Positions 1 to 8,681 of a stretch of 43,294 nucleotides of DNA are shown here, piece by piece. Position 1 is the first letter of the stretch; every line of letters begins with the position of its first letter. This stretch comes from a virus (taxonomy: Duplodnaviria > Caudoviricetes). The notes beneath the pieces are model-generated. The model searched no databases and was not told where the DNA came from. It was given only the letters and a program-made list of their open reading frames with translations. The position numbers and the translations under genes were made by a program. The stretch is taken from IMG/VR virus record IMGVR_UViG_3300032024_000100, positions 1 to 43,294 of that record; one strand, given 5' to 3'.

Positions 1-55
1 CTGGCCTGGGGTCCGAACGGCATCGGTCACGAGCCGGTGATGAACCCCGAGCCGC
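1..55. repeat. Terminal direct repeat, left copy (55 bp, identical to 43240-43294); circular-assembly overlap
   Basis: CTGGCCTGGGGTCCGAACGG...GAACCCCGAGCCGC is identical at both ends and lies inside one continuous ORF. Confidence 0.97.
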
Positions 56-165
56 GCGCCGATCCCTCGAACGACTTCGGTCGTCGTGAGCGCGTGATGT
101 GGCTTTCGTACGACGCGATCGGGCTCCTGTACCCGGGGCTCATCGTCCGCACGCTCTCGACCTAA
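1..165 (+). CDS. Major capsid protein, C-terminal part (continues from 42463 across the junction)
   Basis: Frame 1 reads LAWGPNGIGHEPVMNPEPRADPSNDFGRRERVMWLSYDAIGLLYPGLIVRTLST*, in frame with the ORF starting at 42463. Confidence 0.88.
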   Translation: MAWGPNGIGHEPVMNPEPRADPSNDFGRRERVMWLSYDAIGLLYPGLIVRTLST

Positions 166-183
166 GAGCGCGCGCAACACCTC

Positions 184-222
184 GAGGGGCGGCCGCGTGC
201 GTCCGGCCGCCCCTCTCTTTCT
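184..222 (+). terminator. Intrinsic terminator after the capsid gene
   Basis: Perfect 12-bp stem GAGGGGCGGCCG (184-195) / CGGCCGCCCCTC (204-215) followed by TCTTTCT. Confidence 0.75.
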
Positions 223-248
223 CGGCGCACAACGAACGGAGAAGCACC

Positions 249-818
249 ATGGCAGAGGCAAAGACCCCGACCGCGGACGCCGGCGCAAGCCGGATGGTCT
301 CGGAGCTTTCGCGCGCGAGCTCGGAGAAGCTCTACTCGACGGTGAGCGACGCGAAGACCAGCTGGAACCCTGGCGGAGCGATCAAGTTCCCGCTCGACGA
401 GACCGAGGCCGAGATCCTCGACGCGGCCCTGCGCAAGCTCTCGACCGAGTTCAACGTGAAGGTGCCCGGCCGGCGCGGCTCCGACGGTTCGTTCGAGCCG
501 GCGCCCCTCGAGGAGCTCCCGGAGGATCGTCGCCGGCGCAACGGTCCGCGCCTCCACCCGAAGCACCTCCCCGCGGCCGTGATGACCGAGGCCGCGAAGA
601 CCGCGGTCACGAACTGGAAGGCACAGAAGCGCACCCGATGCGGCGAGCCCGGCTGCTACCACCCGATCACCCCGAAGCGCCTCGAGCGTGTGAACTTCGA
701 GCCGATCAAGTTCCCGGCCGAGGACGGCGGCTTCGTCACCGCCGGCGAGTGCGCCTACGAGCCGCGGCACGCCGGCGGGCTCCAGTTCATCCCGGACCGC
801 AAGATCTCCGACGAGTAA
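249..818 (+). CDS. Hypothetical protein (189 aa) with a possible C-terminal Cys/His metal site
   Basis: ATG 249 is preceded by GAACGGAGA (234-242); contains CGEPGC...CAYEPRH; no family recognised. Confidence 0.75.
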   Translation: MAEAKTPTADAGASRMVSELSRASSEKLYSTVSDAKTSWNPGGAIKFPLDETEAEILDAALRKLSTEFNVKVPGRRGSDGSFEPAPLEELPEDRRRRNGPRLHPKHLPAAVMTEAAKTAVTNWKAQKRTRCGEPGCYHPITPKRLERVNFEPIKFPAEDGGFVTAGECAYEPRHAGGLQFIPDRKISDE

Positions 819-831
819 CCCCCACAACGAA

Positions 832-879
832 GGGCCCGGCGAGGGAACGAGGCGACGGCCTCGGAGAGTCGCCGGGCCC
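832..879. other. Intergenic long hairpin with symmetric internal loop (terminator or structured RNA)
   Basis: GGGCCCGGCGA (832-842) / TCGCCGGGCCC (869-879); inner stem CGAGGC/GCCTCG; 5x5 internal loop GGGAA/GAGAG. Confidence 0.65.
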
Positions 880-916
880 GCTTGCGTTTCCTCGTAGTGC
901 ATGGTGCTGTCAACAC

Positions 917-1165
917 ATGAGCTCACGCGCGGCGGTTGTCATGTTTGGGGTTGTGGCGTTCCTCTCGGCGTGCGGCCCGGAGCTCGAGATCCCTCCCCGG
1001 CCCTACAGCTACGACGCCTACGCGCGCGACGCCTCGACCCCCGACGCTGGCCAGGTCGACGCCGGTCCCGTGCGCGATCCCGACCTCGAGGCGTGCCGCG
1101 CGATCTGTCCTGAGGGCTCGACGGTGAGCCTTGCGGCGAACGGGGCGTGTGTGTGCGGTCGCTAG
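917..1165 (+). CDS. Small lipoprotein (82 aa), Pro/Cys-rich
   Basis: Signal MSSRAAVVMFGVVAFLSA-C with lipobox LSAC; PDAGQVDAGP linker; four further Cys. Confidence 0.75.
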   Translation: MSSRAAVVMFGVVAFLSACGPELEIPPRPYSYDAYARDASTPDAGQVDAGPVRDPDLEACRAICPEGSTVSLAANGACVCGR

Positions 1166-1185
1166 GTCTCGCGCTGTTCTGGCTC

Positions 1186-1302
1186 ATGTTCGCGGTCTCT
1201 CTCGCCGCGGCCGCGGTCGTCGTTCTGGCGTTCGTCGCGGTGCTTCACCTCCTCGAGAGCATCGCCGACGCCGCGCTTCACCTGGCGGGCCTTCGAGAAT
1301 GA
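1186..1302 (+). CDS. Small membrane peptide (38 aa), not in the ORF track
   Basis: MFAVSLAAAAVVVLAFVAVLHLLESIADAALHLAGLRE*; ATGA overlap with the next gene. Confidence 0.55.
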   Translation: MFAVSLAAAAVVVLAFVAVLHLLESIADAALHLAGLRE

Positions 1303-1493
1303 GCAGCGCTCGAGCTCGACGCGAGGCCTACGCGTTCATCCTCGAGGGCCTCCGGAAGGCGCGAGACCTCACGATCTGGACCGCCGCAACCCCGCCGATC
1401 CCGGCCGACGTCGCGCGCGAGGTCGAGCGGATCGAGCGGGTTCTCGAGCTCACGGTGAAGGCGCTCGACGAGACGATCGCCGCGACGAAGTAG
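1299..1493 (+). CDS. Hypothetical helical protein (64 aa)
   Basis: ATGA coupling at 1299-1302; MSSARARREAYAFILEGL... Confidence 0.6.
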   Translation: MSSARARREAYAFILEGLRKARDLTIWTAATPPIPADVAREVERIERVLELTVKALDETIAATK

Positions 1494-1527
1494 ACGCAAC
1501 CGGCCGCGCGGCGATAGCTTGCTCTGC

Positions 1528-1941
1528 ATGAGCGGCGAGAGCGTGACCCCGAACCCCGATCAACCTCCCGCTGGCTCCCGAACTGGCGGCCGGCTCGTTG
1601 CGGTCGAGAAGACCGCGAGGAAGACCCTTACCGACGTTCGGATCGTTCTCGGTCTCGCCGCGTTCTTCGCGATCACACTCCCGGGTGGGGGCTGGCTTGC
1701 TCTCGCGCAGATCCAGAGCACCGCGCGTGAGGAGAACAAGCCCTTGACCGCGCGGGTCGAGATCGTCGAGGCGAAGCAAGCCGCGACCGATGCGAGCGTG
1801 GTCGAGGCGAACCGCCGGAGCGCCGCGGTCGAGCGAACCGTGATGGTGATCGATCTCAACATGCGCCTCATGCTCGAGAGCCGAGGGATCAAGCCGATCG
1901 ACGTTCCACCCGCTACACCCGGCGACGCCGGCGGGAAGTGA
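1528..1941 (+). CDS. Single-pass membrane protein with coiled coil
   Basis: TM segment IVLGLAAFFAITLPGGGWLALA then a heptad-like helix; TAGACG-N18-TAGCTT-N7-ATG upstream. Confidence 0.7.
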   Translation: MSGESVTPNPDQPPAGSRTGGRLVAVEKTARKTLTDVRIVLGLAAFFAITLPGGGWLALAQIQSTAREENKPLTARVEIVEAKQAATDASVVEANRRSAAVERTVMVIDLNMRLMLESRGIKPIDVPPATPGDAGGK

Positions 1942-1944
1942 TCC

Positions 1945-2682
1945 GTGTCGACCCTCCATCACGCGCTCGCGATGATCCGCCCTGAGGTGAATCAGGGAGA
2001 CACGGCCGACGCGCTCGTGTTCTGGGCGCTCGTCGACGGCCTTCCGATGCGGCCGACCTCCGCGGCGGTGACGCTCTACTCGGCCTCCGGCGGTGAACTC
2101 GTCGCCGAGGCCGCTCCGACGATCGACGCGGCAAACGTCGGCCGGCTGGCCCTCTCGCGCACCTGGCCCGCCGACACCTTCCCGATCGGCGAAGACTACG
2201 CGGCGCAATGGGCCTTCGTCGTGAACGGGATCACCTACTCCGAGCGGGTGTTCTTCGACGTCGTTCGGAACCGCCTCCCGATCGCCGTTCACCCCCGGCT
2301 CATGACCGACCTTCAACCGAACCTGGGCACGCACCTTCGCGCCGTCGGCCTCGAGGGGAACGACGACGATCTCCGCGTGTTCGCGATCCACGGACACGCC
2401 CACATGTGCCAGCGCTTGCGCAAGGCCGGCTGGCGGCCGTCCCTCGTGAGCGATCGCCGGCGCCTCGTTCCGGTCGCGCTCCACTACGCGCTCCACTTCG
2501 CGAACGCGGCGATCTCGAAGACCCCCGACGATCTCTTCGACAAGCGCGCGACGACCGCGCTCAAGCTCGCCGGCGAGCTCTTCGACGGCCTCGGCCGGTT
2601 GAAGGTCGACGTCGATCAGGACGGAACGACCGGACCCGACGAGCGCGCGCACTCACCCGTTCAACCGAATTGGGGCCCGTGA
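1945..2682 (+). CDS. Putative head-tail adaptor/connector protein
   Basis: Position between capsid and tail genes; helical C-terminal half; no diagnostic motif. Confidence 0.55.
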   Translation: MSTLHHALAMIRPEVNQGDTADALVFWALVDGLPMRPTSAAVTLYSASGGELVAEAAPTIDAANVGRLALSRTWPADTFPIGEDYAAQWAFVVNGITYSERVFFDVVRNRLPIAVHPRLMTDLQPNLGTHLRAVGLEGNDDDLRVFAIHGHAHMCQRLRKAGWRPSLVSDRRRLVPVALHYALHFANAAISKTPDDLFDKRATTALKLAGELFDGLGRLKVDVDQDGTTGPDERAHSPVQPNWGP

Positions 2683-3144
2683 ATGCCGCGCATCGCCGAG
2701 TTCCTCGAGGAGGTCGCGCAAGTGATCGAGCGGGTGCCTTCGAAGGCGCTCCCCGAGAAGACCTTCGTGCGCCACGTCGGACACACCGCGTTCCGTGACT
2801 CGCCGGCGAGCACGCACAACGGGTTCGCGGTGAGTGAAGAGAGCAGCGAGACCACCTCTGGGTTCGGCCGTGCCGATCAGAAGCAAACCGAGTTGATCTT
2901 CGTCGTCGAGCTCGGACACGCACCGATCGAGGCCGACGACGCTCGAGCTCGTTCGGTCTCCGAGGACTCCGAGCGTATCCGCGACATTCTCGAGGCGAAG
3001 AGCGACTGGCGCCAGGGGTCCGGCGGCGCGGTCGACCTCGTTCGCTTCGACCCCCGCGGCCGCACGGAGAAGACGAACCCTCTCTGGTGGGTGACGCCGC
3101 TCACCTTCCGCGCGCTCGTGTGGGGCCCTCAATGGCTCGAGTAA
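2683..3144 (+). CDS. Putative neck/tail-terminator protein
   Basis: 153 aa, synteny, strand-helix-strand pattern typical of tail completion proteins. Confidence 0.5.
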   Translation: MPRIAEFLEEVAQVIERVPSKALPEKTFVRHVGHTAFRDSPASTHNGFAVSEESSETTSGFGRADQKQTELIFVVELGHAPIEADDARARSVSEDSERIRDILEAKSDWRQGSGGAVDLVRFDPRGRTEKTNPLWWVTPLTFRALVWGPQWLE

Positions 3145-3584
3145 GCGTCGACGGGATCCGCTCGTTTCAGGTGAAGTTCACGAACCGGATCAACTTCCTC
3201 GGCGAGAAGGGGATGCGCGCGCTTATGCAGGAGATCGGGCGCGAGTTCGTCGCGGAGTACCGCGCGAAGATCCTCTCGTTCACCCCCGGCGACGCTCGAG
3301 ATCTCTCCCCTCGCTACAAGCTCGAGAAGCAACAGAGGTTCGGCCGCGTCTACCCGATCCTGATCGCGACGGGCGCCATGGTGGCCTCCGCCTATTCTCG
3401 GGTGTACCGTGGCCCCCCATGGCGGATCCGACTCGGGTTCGCGGGCCAGCATTCGGGAGGGATCTCGAACGCCGACCTGGCCGAAGAGCACGTGCGAAGC
3501 GGTCGAGACTTCACGAAGCGCGAACCGGGATGGAGCAAGAAATGGCTGGCGGAATTGGGAACGAGACTGAGGGACGAGAAGTGA
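3132..3584 (+). CDS. Virion morphogenesis (tail completion) protein
   Basis: Basic 150-aa protein; LSPRYKLEKQ...PILIATGAMVAS resembles the L.DTG.L..S motif of Mu gpG/HK97 gp10-like proteins. Confidence 0.65.
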   Translation: MARVSVDGIRSFQVKFTNRINFLGEKGMRALMQEIGREFVAEYRAKILSFTPGDARDLSPRYKLEKQQRFGRVYPILIATGAMVASAYSRVYRGPPWRIRLGFAGQHSGGISNADLAEEHVRSGRDFTKREPGWSKKWLAELGTRLRDEK

Positions 3585-3754
3585 CCGACCCGAAGCCCCA
3601 CGCTGGCTCGCCGGAGGCGGTCGAGCCCTTCACCGACACCGAGCTCGAGGCGGCCCGCCGGCGCGTCGAGACGACCCGCCAGGCCGGCTGCTACGTGCTC
3701 CCCGCTGATCCCCTCAACCTCCCCGCGGCGAACCCGCGCCTCCCGAAGGAATAA
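3581..3754 (+). CDS. Small hypothetical protein (57 aa)
   Basis: GTGA coupling at 3581; fills the gap before the tail tube gene. Confidence 0.55.
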   Translation: MTDPKPHAGSPEAVEPFTDTELEAARRRVETTRQAGCYVLPADPLNLPAANPRLPKE

Positions 3755-3759
3755 CGACC

Positions 3760-4896
3760 ATGGCCAACGCTTGGAATCTCGCGACGCTTCACGGAATGCA
3801 CGAGGCGACCTTCGGGACCGACCCGGACGCCGACGGCTCCGACTACCTCCACTTGAAGGCGCTCCCGGACATGACCTTCCAGCCGACGATGGAGGTCGTT
3901 GAACGGCCGGGCCTCGTCGGCGATCTCGTGACGCAGGAGCACGTTCTCGGGCCGCAAGGCGGGAAGCTCGCGTTCAAGCTCGAGCTCAAAGCGAGCGGCA
4001 CGCCGGCGGGTTCGGCGACCGCGGCGATCGCCTCCGAGGCCTCGGCCGTGATGGAAGCGGCCTGGGGCACCGTCGTTCGTGGGACCGGCGCGATCCTCAC
4101 CTCCGGGAGCACGACGACCTCGATCATTCTCGCGTCCGGCGGGTCCGGCTTCTCGAAGTTGATGGCGGTCGAGATCAACGGCGAGGTGCGGATCGTGACG
4201 AACATCTCGTCGAACACGCTCACCCTGCACAAGGCGCTCTCCGCGGCGCCGTTGACCGGCGTCGTCTGCTACGCCTCGAGCCGCTTCACGCGCGCGAACT
4301 CCGGGCACAAGTCCATGGCGTTCGTCGCGAAGCGCGACACGGGGATCGAGTACACCTTCCTCGGCTGCAAGGTGAAGGCGAAGATCGAGAGCATCGACGC
4401 GAAGGGGACCGCGACACTCGCGTGTGAGGTCGACGTCGGAAGCTACTCGCGCACGACGAAGGCGAGCCTCCCCGCGACCGAGCTCTCCGGGATCACCGCG
4501 ATCAAGGCCCCGGTCGTGAAGGGTGCCGCGCTCGACTGGAACGGAACGACGATGCTCGCGGCCGGCGCCGAGTTCGATCCCGGCATCGCGATCCAGTTCA
4601 TCGAGACCGTTTCCGACGCCCAGAACAAGTCGGGGATCAAGGCGACCGCGGCCGACCCCAAGGGAGCGGTGCGCGCGTACTTCCTGGCTCAGAACATGAT
4701 CGACTTCGAGGCCGCAACGACGCTCGTCGTCGTCGTCGCGTGCGGCACGCGAAGCAACGGCTGGGCGCTCGCCGTGCCTCGAGCTCAACCGATGGCGCCG
4801 GCCTTCCAGAACCGGAACGGCATCGTCGGCGAGGATCTCCCGTTCGCCGCGCGCGACAACGGGACCGATCCCGAGTGGGCCGTGTCGATCTTCTGA
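3760..4896 (+). CDS. Major tail tube protein
   Basis: 378 aa, beta-rich; N-terminal E.TFGTDP motif; directly upstream of chaperone and tape measure genes; SD AAGGA. Confidence 0.8.
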   Translation: MANAWNLATLHGMHEATFGTDPDADGSDYLHLKALPDMTFQPTMEVVERPGLVGDLVTQEHVLGPQGGKLAFKLELKASGTPAGSATAAIASEASAVMEAAWGTVVRGTGAILTSGSTTTSIILASGGSGFSKLMAVEINGEVRIVTNISSNTLTLHKALSAAPLTGVVCYASSRFTRANSGHKSMAFVAKRDTGIEYTFLGCKVKAKIESIDAKGTATLACEVDVGSYSRTTKASLPATELSGITAIKAPVVKGAALDWNGTTMLAAGAEFDPGIAIQFIETVSDAQNKSGIKATAADPKGAVRAYFLAQNMIDFEAATTLVVVVACGTRSNGWALAVPRAQPMAPAFQNRNGIVGEDLPFAARDNGTDPEWAVSIF

Positions 4897-4910
4897 TAGG
4901 ACGCAGTAAC

Positions 4911-4975
4911 GGCGACCCGGGTGTTGACGGTGTTCCGGCTTCGAGCTGGGCCCGGTCTCCCTCGGGTCGTTTCAC
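4911..4975 (+). other. Structured intergenic region between tail tube and chaperone genes (terminator/attenuator-like)
   Basis: GCGACCCGG ... TCGGGTCGT outer stem, inner CCGGCT-TCG-AGCTGG hairpin, followed by TTCAC. Confidence 0.45.
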
Positions 4976-4992
4976 ACGAACGGAGAGCACCG

Positions 4993-5499
4993 ATGGGCTT
5001 CCCTCTTCTCGACCCCGACGCGCGACAGGAACTCACGCACCCGGGGTTCCCCGGCGTCACCTTCCGAGCTCGAGCAATCGCGCGCGGCCGCTGGCTCTTC
5101 CTTCGAAACTCCATGCTGCTCGCGATGGAGAAGGCCGAGCGCCGCGCCGTCGCCGATTTGAAGGCCTCCGGCGTCGACCCCGACGCGAACCTCGGGACCG
5201 AGGCCTACGCGTTCACCGCTCTTCAGAAGCGCCGCAACCTCGACCCGGAAGGCGAACAGGAGATCTTCGGCCTCAACCTCGAGATCGTTCGCTGGGGTCT
5301 CGTCGAGGTCGAGGGCCTCGAGCTCTCGGGGGCGCCGTTTCACCCCGGGAAGGAAGTCGTTCCGCATGAGGGGGAGAGCGTCGAGATCCTCTCCCGCTCC
5401 GGATGCCGCGTGCTCTCGGCGCAACCTGGCCTGATCGTCTGGCTCGCGAACAAGGTGTGGGAGTTGAACGAGCTCGGGATCCCCGGAAAAAAATCCTGA
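4993..5499 (+). CDS. Tail assembly chaperone (gpG-like)
   Basis: Between tail tube and tape measure genes; GAACGGAGAG RBS at 4978; ends GGA AAA AAA TCC TGA. Confidence 0.8.
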   Translation: MGFPLLDPDARQELTHPGFPGVTFRARAIARGRWLFLRNSMLLAMEKAERRAVADLKASGVDPDANLGTEAYAFTALQKRRNLDPEGEQEIFGLNLEIVRWGLVEVEGLELSGAPFHPGKEVVPHEGESVEILSRSGCRVLSAQPGLIVWLANKVWELNELGIPGKKS

Positions 5500-5828
5500 C
5501 CGCGGCCGTCCTGTACGACCGGCGCCTGTTCGATTGCAAGGGATGCGCGGCCGCGGCGATTGACCTCCCTTCGCAACTCGGGTGCGTGACTCCGGTCCCG
5601 AAGCCGCTCCTGATCTACAAAGTCCTGGGGCACGTCCTCGAGATCAACAGGTGCCCGCGGAGCACTGTCACGGCCGAGGTTCTCGACGTGATCGACCGCG
5701 CAACGGCCGGCTACCTGGCTCGCATGTCGCCGGCGGAGGTGCGAAGGCTTCCGGCCGGCCTCGTTGGGGCCATAGAGTGGGTTACCTCGATCCTCGAGGA
5801 GACCGGCGGAGAAGAGCCCCATGGGTGA
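5487..5828 (+). CDS. -1 frameshift extension of the tail chaperone (gpGT-like)
   Basis: A AAA AAA slippery heptamer at 5487-5493; the -1 frame is open (KILTAAVLYDRRLFDCKGC...) to 5828 and has no convincing start of its own. Confidence 0.8.
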   Translation, partial: KKILTAAVLYDRRLFDCKGCAAAAIDLPSQLGCVTPVPKPLLIYKVLGHVLEINRCPRSTVTAEVLDVIDRATAGYLARMSPAEVRRLPAGLVGAIEWVTSILEETGGEEPHG

Positions 5829-7941
5829 AGTCGAACGCGACCGCTACGAACTCGACACCGCGCCGGCGCGTGAGCAGATGGAGCTCATGCTTCGCGCGCT
5901 CAACCGCGTTGAAGATCAGCTGGTCGAAATGAACTCGGCGAGCAAGGGAGCCGAGGTAGGGACGAAGAGCCTCGGCGCCGCGGTGTTCCTCGGGAACCTG
6001 GCGTTCGAGGCCGCGAAGAAAGCCGCCTCGCTCTTCTACGAGGCAGTGAAGGACGGGATCTCCGGCGTCGTCGAGAACGAGCGCGCGGTGCGGCAGCTTC
6101 GCGTTGTCGCCGGCGAGTACACCGAAGCCCTGGCGGAGCAAGCCGAGGCCCTCGAGCACCTCCGCGGGGTCTCCTCCGAGGAAGTCATGAGCTCGCAGGC
6201 GATCCTCCTCCGCTTCGGAGTGCAGCGGTCGCAACTCAAGGCGACGACCGAGGCGATCCTCGACTACGCGACCGCAACCGGGACCGACCTCGTAGCAGCA
6301 ACGCGCATGGTGACCCGCTCGGTCGAGAGCGGAGGCGACAAGCTCGAGGCCCTCGGCGTCACGTTCAAGACGACCGGCCTCGCGGCTCACGACATGGGGG
6401 AGGCCGTCGGCGCGCTCTCGAAGAAGTTCGGAGGCGCGGCCGCGGCCGACTCCGAGAGCCTCGCCGGCCGCGCGAAGCTCACCGGGATCGCGATGGACGA
6501 TCTCAAGAAGTCGTTCGGCGGGCTCCTCGTCGAGTTCGCACAGAAGACGAAGATCCTCGAGAACCTCGCCGAGGCCTTCAAGGGTCTCCAGACGGCGATC
6601 TTCGGTCCCGACAACGCGGAGGCGCTCGAGCGGGCCGAGCTCGTGATCCAGTGGCAGGAAAGCCTGGCGCATCAACTCCGCCAGCGTCAGGTGCTCACCG
6701 TTCAACTCGCGCGCGCGAACCGCGAAGGCGACTCCGCGGCGATCGAGTCGACGCACAAGCAGCTGGCGATTCACGACGCGGCAATCGTCAAGCTGAAAGA
6801 ACTGATCCGCCTCAACAACGAGAGGATCAGCGGGAGCGCGGTCGGCGCCGACAAGCCCCCGGAAGACGACCGCGTGACGAAGGCCGGCGCCGAGGCCCGG
6901 GAGAAGGCGGAGAAGGAAGCGTTCGAGCGCCACAACAAGTTGGTGAACGCGTTCCTCGAGAACGAGAAGGTCGTCGAGAAGAAGCGGACCGACGCGTTCA
7001 AGGTCGAGCTCGAGATCCGGGAGAAGGACTTTCAGGATCACGAGAAGCGCAAGACTCAGGTGACCGACAACGCGATCACCGAACGCCAGCGGCGCGAACG
7101 CCGGAGCGCCTCCGGGATGCAGACCGCCGTCGCCTCGGAGGTCGAGAAGGCGACAATGAAGGGAGCCGAGGAAGGCTTCATGATCTCCGGCGGAGCGACC
7201 CTCGGCGCGCGCCTCACCGCCGGCCTCGCCCTGGCGATCCACAAAATCGACCGCGGGAAGATCTCGGCCGCCTACGCGGAGAGCGTCGTCGGTCCCCTAC
7301 TCTCGACGCTCTCGAACGCCGCGATGCAGATCGCCGACGTCGTAGCGTTCCAGCCGTTCCGCGAGTTCCTCACGACGAATCAGGCCTATAAGGAAGAGTT
7401 CTTGAGCGCCTCGATTGAGCGGCGCCAGGCGGAGCTCGCCGAGCAGGGGATCATCAAGACGACCGCGCAACTCCGGAAGGAAGCGGAGCAAGAGGCCGCC
7501 AACGAGCAGAAGAAGCGCCTGGCCGAGACCCTCGCGACGATCGCGCTCGAGGCCGGGAAGCAGGCCCTGTTCCAGGTCGCCGAGGGGATCGGGAACCTAG
7601 CGGCCTACAACTACGCGGCCGCCGGTCTCAACTTCGCCGCGGCCGCGGCCTACGGGCTCGTCGCCGGCGCGAGTGGCGCGGCCGCCTTCGCGATCACTCA
7701 GAGCCGCGGACAGACGAGCTCGGAGCGCGAGGCCCTCGAGTCACAGAAGAGGAAGACCGACGCCGCGAACAAGCGCGACGCGGCGAGCTCCTCGAGCCAG
7801 CGTGCGAAGGGAGACACGCAGGTGATCGTTTACCAGCTGGGCATCACGGGCCAAACGCGCACCGCGCAAGCTCGCGAGCTCAAGCGCATCGGTGCTGAGT
7901 ACGACGGCCTCGTTCGTCTCGGCGGAGGGATGGGCCCGTGA
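5821..7941 (+). CDS. Tape measure protein
   Basis: 706 aa, Ala/Glu/Lys-rich and helical; KFGGAAAADSESLAG motif; hydrophobic C-terminal segments; follows the chaperone pair. Confidence 0.9.
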   Translation: MGEVERDRYELDTAPAREQMELMLRALNRVEDQLVEMNSASKGAEVGTKSLGAAVFLGNLAFEAAKKAASLFYEAVKDGISGVVENERAVRQLRVVAGEYTEALAEQAEALEHLRGVSSEEVMSSQAILLRFGVQRSQLKATTEAILDYATATGTDLVAATRMVTRSVESGGDKLEALGVTFKTTGLAAHDMGEAVGALSKKFGGAAAADSESLAGRAKLTGIAMDDLKKSFGGLLVEFAQKTKILENLAEAFKGLQTAIFGPDNAEALERAELVIQWQESLAHQLRQRQVLTVQLARANREGDSAAIESTHKQLAIHDAAIVKLKELIRLNNERISGSAVGADKPPEDDRVTKAGAEAREKAEKEAFERHNKLVNAFLENEKVVEKKRTDAFKVELEIREKDFQDHEKRKTQVTDNAITERQRRERRSASGMQTAVASEVEKATMKGAEEGFMISGGATLGARLTAGLALAIHKIDRGKISAAYAESVVGPLLSTLSNAAMQIADVVAFQPFREFLTTNQAYKEEFLSASIERRQAELAEQGIIKTTAQLRKEAEQEAANEQKKRLAETLATIALEAGKQALFQVAEGIGNLAAYNYAAAGLNFAAAAAYGLVAGASGAAAFAITQSRGQTSSEREALESQKRKTDAANKRDAASSSSQRAKGDTQVIVYQLGITGQTRTAQARELKRIGAEYDGLVRLGGGMGP

Positions 7942-8681
7942 GCGTTGCACTCCCGAAGGTGTTCTGGCCGTTGACGATCACGAGCACGACCAATCGGATC
8001 CCCGTGCGCTACGCCGGCGTGACGTACAACGCCGACATTGCGGCCGCGGTGTACTACTCCGCCGAGACCTTCCGCGCGGCGGTCGCAGCTGCTCTCGCGG
8101 CCGCGGTACCGGCCCTCGGCTTCTCCGTGTCGCTCGGCCTGGCGTTCCCTGGCTCGTTGACGTTCTTCGGCTCGGCCGCCTTCTCGTTCTGGTGGGCCTC
8201 GGCGCCGACGAACATCGCGGCCGCGGCGTGCGGCTTCAACTCCGGCCTCGACTCGAACTCGAGCGGAAACCAGATCGTCTCGAGCTTCCAGCATCCGAAC
8301 GGCTGGTACTCGGCCGTTGCGGTCGCGGCCGACGACCCGACGAAGAGCCGCGAAGGCGATCGCGTCACCGTCGCCATGAGCGGACAGACGAAGCGCATCG
8401 TCGAGACCGAGATCACGAAGCGCGCGGTCGGCTTCCAGTTCATCGAAGGCGCTCACACCTTCATCGCGCGCGAGACCGGGACGAGCATCAACTCCGCGGC
8501 CGAACGATGGTGGGGAGAGGGCGCCGGCCGCTTCCGCTACTGGCCCGACGCCTCGGTCGAAGCGACCTACACCGACTACGTTCTCGCGCAAGAAACGATC
8601 GTCGAGTGGAAGCCGCAACGGATGGCGCCCCAGCTTGACCTCTACCGCTTCGATCTGAATTTCCTGGGGTACGTCGCGTGA
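7938..8681 (+). CDS. Putative distal tail protein
   Basis: First gene after the tape measure gene, GTGA-coupled, beta-rich. Confidence 0.6.
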   Translation: MSVALPKVFWPLTITSTTNRIPVRYAGVTYNADIAAAVYYSAETFRAAVAAALAAAVPALGFSVSLGLAFPGSLTFFGSAAFSFWWASAPTNIAAAACGFNSGLDSNSSGNQIVSSFQHPNGWYSAVAVAADDPTKSREGDRVTVAMSGQTKRIVETEITKRAVGFQFIEGAHTFIARETGTSINSAAERWWGEGAGRFRYWPDASVEATYTDYVLAQETIVEWKPQRMAPQLDLYRFDLNFLGYVA

